From Bryobacteraceae bacterium (lineage in GTDB: Bacteria; Acidobacteriota; Terriglobia; Bryobacterales; Bryobacteraceae), in the NCBI GenBank assembly GCA_049969115.1, contig JBMFPL010000001.1, forward strand, positions 1 to 29,736: DNA of 29,736 nt. Reading direction: 5' to 3'. Both the position numbers and the translations under genes were made by a program. A model generated the notes under the pieces. That model saw only the letters and a program-made list of their open reading frames with translations. It had not been told where the DNA came from and searched no databases. The first letter of the stretch is position 1, and each line of letters starts with the position of its first letter. Below are positions 24,635 to 29,736 of the stretch, one piece after another.

Positions 24635-25465
24635 ATGCAAACCACGCGCAGTCTGGAAGAACTTCAGGCCATCGCCAAACAAATCCGGCGTCATATCGTC
24701 GAAATGACCGGCGCCGCCAAATCCGGGCACCCGGGCGGCTCGCTTTCGGCGGTGGAAATCCTGGTGACCCTGTTTTTTGGCGGCGTGCTCCGCCACGATC
24801 CCAAGCGCCCGGACTGGCCGGAGAGAGACCGGTTTATCCTGTCCAAGGGACATGCTGCGCCAGTGCTCTACGCCGTGCTGGCCGAGTGCGGTTACAAGGC
24901 GGCGCCACGCGAGCTGCTGAAGACCCTGCGCAAGCTGGGATCGCCGTACCAAGGCCATCCCGACAAGCGTTTCCTGCCCGTGCTGGAAGCCTCCACTGGC
25001 TCGCTGGGGCAGGGGCTTTCGCTGGCCATGGGCATGGGATTCGCTGCGCGGCTCAACGGCAACCCGTCGCGGACTTACGTCCTGCTGGGCGATGGGGAGA
25101 TCCAGGAAGGGCAGATCTGGGAGGCCGCCATGTTCGGCGCCTTTCACAAGATCGACAATGTGACCGCCATCGTGGACTACAACAAGATGCAACTGGATGG
25201 ATTCATCAAGGACATCATGGAGCTGGAGCCGCTGGTGCCCAAGTGGCAGGCCTTCGGCTGGCATGTGCTGGAGGTGGACGGGCACTCCTTCCCTGCCCTG
25301 CAAGCGGCTTTCACGCTGGCGCGCGAGGTTCGGGGCAAGCCGACGGTGATCATCGCCCACACGGTCAAGGGCAAGGGAGTTTCTTTCATGGAGAACAACC
25401 CCAAGTTCCACGGCGTGGCGCCCACGCCCGAGGAAGTGGAACTTGCCTTGAAGGAGCTGGCCTGA
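24635..25465 (+). CDS. Transketolase, N-terminal (ThDP-binding) subunit
   Basis: 'SGHPGGSLS', 'RDRFILSKGHAAP', 'YQGHP', 'GSLGQG', 'GDGEIQEGQIWEA...N' (ThDP motif) and 'HTVKGKG'. Confidence 0.93.
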   Translation: MQTTRSLEELQAIAKQIRRHIVEMTGAAKSGHPGGSLSAVEILVTLFFGGVLRHDPKRPDWPERDRFILSKGHAAPVLYAVLAECGYKAAPRELLKTLRKLGSPYQGHPDKRFLPVLEASTGSLGQGLSLAMGMGFAARLNGNPSRTYVLLGDGEIQEGQIWEAAMFGAFHKIDNVTAIVDYNKMQLDGFIKDIMELEPLVPKWQAFGWHVLEVDGHSFPALQAAFTLAREVRGKPTVIIAHTVKGKGVSFMENNPKFHGVAPTPEEVELALKELA

Positions 25466-26436
25466 TGGCGTTGAAGACACGTTACGAACTGAAGCTGGGA
25501 ATGGCCACGCGCGAAGCGTTCGGGCGCGCCCTGGTCGAGCTGGGCCGGGAAAACCCGGACATCATGGCGGTGGACGCCGATCTCTCCAAGTCCACGTTCA
25601 CGCACCTGTTCGCCAAGGAATTTCCCGACCGGTTTGTCTCCTGCGGCATCGCCGAGGCCAACATGGTGGGTGTGGCGGCGGGGCTGGCCAGTCACGGCAA
25701 GATCCCGTTCGCAGCCAGCTTTTCCTGCTTTCTTCTGAACAAGGCCTTCGAGCAACTGCGGGTAACGGTGGCCTACCCGAACGTCAACGTCAAGATCGTG
25801 GGCACGCACAGCGGGATCTCCATCGGCGAGGACGGGCCATCGCAAATGAGCGTGGAAGAGGTCAGCCTGGCCTGCTCGTTGCCAGGGTTCGTGGTGCTGG
25901 CGCCTGCCGACGAGGTGGCGACGCGCGCCCTCGTCCGCGCCGCGGCGGCCCACGTGGGGCCGGTCTTCATCCGCACCGGCCGTCCCAGGGCGCCGATCGT
26001 GTACTCGCCGGATCAGCAGTTCGAAATCGGCAAGGCGATCGAGCTTCTGGAAGGCAACGACGTGACGCTGATCGCCAACGGGCTGATGGTGGCCGAGTCC
26101 ATTCGGGCTGCGGAGATGCTCGACGCCGAGGGCATCTCGGCCCGGGTCATTGACCTGCACACCGTCAAGCCACTGGACCGCGAAACCATCCGGCGCGCGG
26201 CGGTGGAGACCGGCGCCATCGTGGTGGCCGAGGAGCACTTGGTGGATAGCGGGACCGGTGTGCGCGTGGCGCAGGCGGTGGCCGAAATACATCCCTGCGT
26301 CATGGAGTTTGTCGGGATCCAGAATACCTACGCGGAGTCGGGGCCGCCCGAAGCGCTGCTGGAAAAGTACGGTCTCACCGCTCCCCATATTGCGGCAGCG
26401 GCGCGCAAGGCCCTGGCCCGCAAACGGGGCCGCTGA
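25465..26436 (+). CDS. Transketolase, C-terminal subunit
   Basis: ATG at 25465 overlaps the upstream TGA. 'ATREAFG', 'GIAEANMVG', 'GEDGPSQ', 'FIRTGR', 'HTVKPLD' and 'AEEH'. The ORF-track start at 24886 is a spurious in-frame extension. Confidence 0.93.
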   Translation: MALKTRYELKLGMATREAFGRALVELGRENPDIMAVDADLSKSTFTHLFAKEFPDRFVSCGIAEANMVGVAAGLASHGKIPFAASFSCFLLNKAFEQLRVTVAYPNVNVKIVGTHSGISIGEDGPSQMSVEEVSLACSLPGFVVLAPADEVATRALVRAAAAHVGPVFIRTGRPRAPIVYSPDQQFEIGKAIELLEGNDVTLIANGLMVAESIRAAEMLDAEGISARVIDLHTVKPLDRETIRRAAVETGAIVVAEEHLVDSGTGVRVAQAVAEIHPCVMEFVGIQNTYAESGPPEALLEKYGLTAPHIAAAARKALARKRGR

Positions 26437-26492
26437 GCAGCCGGAGCAGCTCTGGGGGAGCCGAGCAACCGGGCGCAGGAGGCGCCCTCCTA

Positions 26493-27212
26493 GTGGAAAC
26501 GCCGACCGGCACTTCGGAGTGGGCGGCGTGCTTCAAGCACGCGCGGGACAAAGAACGCTTGCGCATTTGCCGACTGTTGCACGACGAGGTGGGGCAGGTG
26601 CTGAGTGCTGTGGGCTTGCAACTGGAGCTGCTGCGCATGGACTGCGCCCAAGCCCCCGAGCTGGCCCGGCGCATCGGGGAGGCTCAGCAACTGCTGGAGC
26701 GCGCCCTCGAGCAGGTGCGGGGACTGAGCTACGACTTGAACCCCGGTATCGTGGAGCGGCTTGGGCTGGGCCCCGCGCTGCGGCGGCTGCTAGAGCGCTA
26801 CCGTAGGGACTTCCGAGGACAGTTGCAGTGGGATTACCAGGGCGACGAACAGGCCCGCAGCCCCCAGGCGAGCGCCATTTACCAGATCGCCGAGCAGGCG
26901 CTGGACAACGCGGTCCGCCATTCGGGCGCCAGCGAAATCGCGATCACCGTCGAAGTGGGCAGTGGACGGCTTCGGCTCGAGGTTCGCGACAACGGCAGGG
27001 GCTTGTCATACCCTCGCGCCCTGGAAAGCTCGCAGGGTGCCGGACTGCGGCTGATGCAGCACGAAGCCGAAAGGGCCGGCCTGGAGCTGAACTTGGCCAG
27101 TGAACCGGAAAGGGGTACAATTGTCACAGCGTTATGGCCGCCATCTGCCGGCGCTGCTCGCGGGCGGCGCGTGGCGATCAGGCGGCCCAGGAAACCTGGC
27201 GAGAAAAGGTAG
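26493..27212 (+). CDS. NarX/UhpB-type (HisKA_3) histidine kinase lacking an input domain, 239 aa
   Basis: H-box 'RLLHDEVGQVLS', N-box 'EQALDNAVRHSGA', G1 'VRDNGRG', G2 'GAGLRLM' and 'GTIV'. Only about 20 aa precede the DHp helix. SD AGGAGG at 26477-26482. Confidence 0.88.
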   Translation: METPTGTSEWAACFKHARDKERLRICRLLHDEVGQVLSAVGLQLELLRMDCAQAPELARRIGEAQQLLERALEQVRGLSYDLNPGIVERLGLGPALRRLLERYRRDFRGQLQWDYQGDEQARSPQASAIYQIAEQALDNAVRHSGASEIAITVEVGSGRLRLEVRDNGRGLSYPRALESSQGAGLRLMQHEAERAGLELNLASEPERGTIVTALWPPSAGAARGRRVAIRRPRKPGEKR

Positions 27213-27216
27213 TTCC

Positions 27217-27906
27217 ATGGCGTACACGATCCTTCTGGTGGACGATCACAAGATCTTCCGCGATGGTTTGAAGTCGCTGCTCGAGCGCCGGGAAGAGTTC
27301 GAAGTGGTCGGGGAGGCGGACACGGGCGCCGACGCGGTCCAGTTCTGCAAGAAGAACCGGCCCGATCTGGTGCTCATGGACATCGGACTGCCCGGGCTGA
27401 ACGGCATCGAGGCCACAGCCGAGATCAGCCGGCACTGCTCGGAGACTAAGGTGGTGATCCTGTCCATGTACAACGACGACGGGTCGGTGGTGGGCGCCAT
27501 CCGGGCCGGGGCCCGCGCGTTCGTGCTCAAGAGCGCAACCTCGGAGGACCTGCTCGACGCCTTGCGAACGGTGGCCAAGGGCGGCTTCTATTTGTGCCCG
27601 GAGGTGGCCAGCCGGGTGCAGGCACGGATCCAGCGCGGCGATTTGGAGCCCCGCACGGGCTCTTCGGTGCTGGACATGCTTTCGCCGCGTGAATTGCAGG
27701 TGCTGCGGCTGGTGGCGGAGGGCAAGACGAGCAAGGAGATCGCAGCCATTCTCGATCTGGGCCTGCAAACGGTCCGCAGCTACCGCAAGACCATGATGAA
27801 GAAGGTGGGTGCTAACAACGTGGCGGGGCTGACGCAACTGGCTCTGGCCACCGGGCTGACGCGACTGCCCACGCCGGAGAGCCGTTCGGATTCGACTTCA
27901 GGCTGA
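27217..27906 (+). CDS. NarL/FixJ family response regulator (REC + LuxR HTH)
   Basis: 'ILLVDDH', 'LVLMDIGLPGLNG', 'ILSM', 'FVLK' and 'LSPRELQVLRLVAEGKTSKEIA'. ATG at 27217, 4 nt after the kinase stop. Confidence 0.95.
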   Translation: MAYTILLVDDHKIFRDGLKSLLERREEFEVVGEADTGADAVQFCKKNRPDLVLMDIGLPGLNGIEATAEISRHCSETKVVILSMYNDDGSVVGAIRAGARAFVLKSATSEDLLDALRTVAKGGFYLCPEVASRVQARIQRGDLEPRTGSSVLDMLSPRELQVLRLVAEGKTSKEIAAILDLGLQTVRSYRKTMMKKVGANNVAGLTQLALATGLTRLPTPESRSDSTSG

Positions 27907-27933
27907 GAGAATCGGCCGGGCCGCCGCACCAAC

Positions 27934-28827
27934 ATGATAGGCCCGCTTCCTGCGGGTCGGAAGCGCCCGGTGATGCAGACGGCGCGCCTGGCGAAGTTTC
28001 GCCGGGTCCTGGCGGCTGCGCTGGGAACCAGTTATTACCGGCCGTGGCTGGTCGTAGCCTCGCTGGACAGTCGCGAAAAGATCGAGGCGGTGGGATCGTG
28101 GGAAGAAATCCTGCCCCTGTTCCCCCCACTCGAAGCGAGCAGGTATCTCGGCTCACCGGAACAATTTCGCGGCCTTTTGTTCGGTTTGCGGCGGCCGCCC
28201 GCCCTGGTTCACCCTCTCCCCGGCGCACCGCGAATCGCCGCGTTGTTGCCTGGTTTTCGCCAATCCCGGCGGCTGCGCGTCTTTGCCGACGGGTTTGGGA
28301 GGAAGCTGGCTCGCTTCCGCCCGCAGGTGCTGGCCGGCTCGCCCGCCCGCCTGGAACAACTGGCCCAGGCGTTGAAGCGGGGAGCTCTGCGGATGCCGCC
28401 GCCCACCCACGCCTTGCTCGTGCTGGTGCGGCCTGACGAACCACTGTTGACCGAAGAGCAGCGTTGGCGCCTGTGGTCGCTATTCCGCGTCCCGGTGTTC
28501 CAGGAACTGGTGGGCTTCGATGGGCAGGTGATCGCTTGGGAATGCGAGGCCCACTGCGGGCTGCACCTGGTAGAAGAAGCCGCAATCATCGAGGCGGCAC
28601 AGACTGGCGCAACACACCCCCTGCTGTTGACTTCGCTCACTGACACTGTGCATCCTCTGATCCGCCTGGCTACCGCCTGGAGCGCCTATCTCACGCAACG
28701 CCTTTGTGGCTGCGGGCAAAAGGGGCAGCGAATGCTTCCCGCAAGCGATGGCGTGCGGCAATCGTCCCCCGAGCAAGGGCGGGGCGAAACGGCGGCCCGT
28801 CTGGCCATGAAGGCTGTGGTATGCTGA
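27934..28827 (+). CDS. Short, divergent PaaK-like protein (adenylation motifs degenerate)
   Basis: Keeps 'FRPQVLAG', 'LFRVPVFQE', 'WECEAHCGLHL', 'LLLTSL...PLIRL' and 'CGCG', but has no TxGSTG P-loop. The start could be 27973. Confidence 0.6.
   Translation: MIGPLPAGRKRPVMQTARLAKFRRVLAAALGTSYYRPWLVVASLDSREKIEAVGSWEEILPLFPPLEASRYLGSPEQFRGLLFGLRRPPALVHPLPGAPRIAALLPGFRQSRRLRVFADGFGRKLARFRPQVLAGSPARLEQLAQALKRGALRMPPPTHALLVLVRPDEPLLTEEQRWRLWSLFRVPVFQELVGFDGQVIAWECEAHCGLHLVEEAAIIEAAQTGATHPLLLTSLTDTVHPLIRLATAWSAYLTQRLCGCGQKGQRMLPASDGVRQSSPEQGRGETAARLAMKAVVC
28817..28825 (+). promoter_or_regulatory. Possible extended -10 promoter for tRNA-Leu
   Basis: TG-G-TATGCT about 26 nt upstream of the mature tRNA 5' end. 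Confidence 0.35.
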
Positions 28828-28851
28828 GTATCGGAATGGCGTAGCCAGGCT

Positions 28852-28938
28852 GCGGATGTGGCGGAACTGGCAGACGCGCCAGCCTTAGGAGCTGGTGGCC
28901 GGAAGGCCGTGGAGGTTCAAGTCCTCTCATCCGCACCA
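28852..28938 (+). tRNA. tRNA-Leu (anticodon TAG), 87 nt, CCA encoded
   Basis: Acceptor stem GCGGATG/CATCCGC, D-loop 'GGAACTGGCAGAC', anticodon arm CCAGC-CT-TAG-GA-GCTGG, long variable arm GGCC-GGAA-GGCC, T-loop GGTTCAAGTCC and 3' ACCA. Confidence 0.97.
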
Positions 28939-29134
28939 GCCGGCTCTCGCGAGGGATCTTCTCCGCTGATTTCAGCGCGCATCGCGGTCTAACCATCTTT
29001 ATTCGCGCCAGGCGGCTTGCGCCACGTCCTTCCCCACCGAGTCGCGTCTCGAACGACGTGCGCTATACTTGCGGTCTGATCCGGAGCGGCAAAAGCTCGG
29101 TAGGCGTGGGCCAGCCGGGCTACTGATCGCGCCC

Positions 29135-29736
29135 ATGACCACCAGGTTGGAGTCCAGGGTGAAGCGTGCCACGCGCAAGCTGGTTAGCGGGGTGAAAGCA
29201 GCCCTGGCCAGTGGACGAGGCCCGGCCTGCGCTGCGGCTCTTGCAGTCCTGGCGGCATCCTTGTGGCTGGCCGCGACCTTGCAGGACATCGAGCGCTCGC
29301 AACTGGAACGTCACATCGAGCAGGCGGTGACGCGCATTTCCAGCGACGTGGCAGCGGCGCTGACCGACGGGCTAGCGGCGCTGGATCGTTTTGCCCGGCG
29401 TTGGGAACTGAGGGGCGGGTTCAGCGCAGAGGAGTGGCGAGCGGAGAGCGCGCTGTACCTGCGTGACATGGAGGGTCTGGTTACGCTGGCCTGGGTGGAC
29501 GAAAGCCTGACGCCGGTTCGGGTTGCGCCCGAGCGGGAGTCAGTCCTGGACGTGCACAGGCGGGCGTTCAGAGAGCCGCTCCAGATCGCGGTCCAGCGGG
29601 CACGCGAAGCAGGCAGATCCTCGCTAGCCCCTCCGCTGCTGCTTCCCACGGGTAAGTGGGTCCTCGTGGCGGCCTCCCTGAGCTCGCCGCGGCAAGGACC
29701 GCCGGGTTCGGTCATTGCGGTGCTGGATCTCAAGCG
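29135..29736 (+). CDS. Membrane sensor protein N-terminus (TM + CHASE-like extracytoplasmic domain), truncated by the window end
   Basis: My translation from ATG 29135 is open to the last base: MTTRLESRVK...ALAVLAASLWLAATLQDIERSQLE...LDRFARRWELRGG...EWRAESALYLRDMEGLVTLAWVD...PVRVAP.... It is missing from the ORF track because it has no stop. Confidence 0.7.
   Translation, partial: MTTRLESRVKRATRKLVSGVKAALASGRGPACAAALAVLAASLWLAATLQDIERSQLERHIEQAVTRISSDVAAALTDGLAALDRFARRWELRGGFSAEEWRAESALYLRDMEGLVTLAWVDESLTPVRVAPERESVLDVHRRAFREPLQIAVQRAREAGRSSLAPPLLLPTGKWVLVAASLSSPRQGPPGSVIAVLDLK

Noticed and set aside
24886-25464. N-terminal extension or frameshift fusion of the transketolase halves
   Set aside because: A clean TGATG stop/start junction with SD AAGGAG at 25451-25456 explains two separate genes. 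Split transketolases are common.
25177-26388. 403-aa antisense ORF over transketolase
   Set aside because: It is a mirror frame of a conserved enzyme with no independent signals.
28964-28977. CGCTGA-TT-TCAGCG inverted repeat after the tRNA as a terminator
   Set aside because: The stem is short with a 2-nt loop and no adjacent U-tract, so there is too little support.
28852-29134. tRNA-Leu as a genomic-island attachment site
   Set aside because: No integrase follows, and I saw no duplicate of the tRNA 3' end in the window. An island extending beyond the window cannot be excluded.
1-29736. CRISPR array, IS elements, rRNA, or long tandem DNA repeats
   Set aside because: No regularly spaced repeats, transposase motifs or rRNA-like sequence were seen. 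The repeats in the 8539 gene are evident only at protein level.

Overview
GC-rich bacterial chromosomal window. Protein styles and gene content suggest Acidobacteriota, probably Bryobacterales (inference, no database search). From left to right: (1) the end of a surface/exopolysaccharide locus in two convergent blocks. The + block has a GT4 glycosyltransferase (partial), a Gfo/Idh/MocA-epimerase fusion and an O-antigen ligase/polymerase-like protein. The - block has a GT4, a PaaK/CapK-like adenylate-forming enzyme and a Wzx flippase. (2) Divergent from it, a translationally coupled pair of large secreted proteins: a 548-aa fibre-like protein with phage tail-fibre-style repeats and HxH motifs, and a 1338-aa mosaic of a heparinase II/III-like scaffold, phage-virion-like beta modules and a BACON-like domain. 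This pair is the best candidate for an undescribed system. (3) A mostly housekeeping stretch: exported MsrA, a putative beta-propeller protein, an ABC exporter, a DUF218 protein, a membrane hypothetical protein, a c7-type triheme cytochrome, an Asp/Glu racemase, MazG, DUF1844, an MBL hydrolase, RibF, a DRG-like GTPase and a split transketolase. (4) A sensor-less histidine kinase with a NarL-type regulator, a degenerate PaaK-like protein, tRNA-Leu(TAG) and the truncated start of a membrane sensor protein. No integrase, transposase or CRISPR array was seen. All family calls come from motif recognition by eye.
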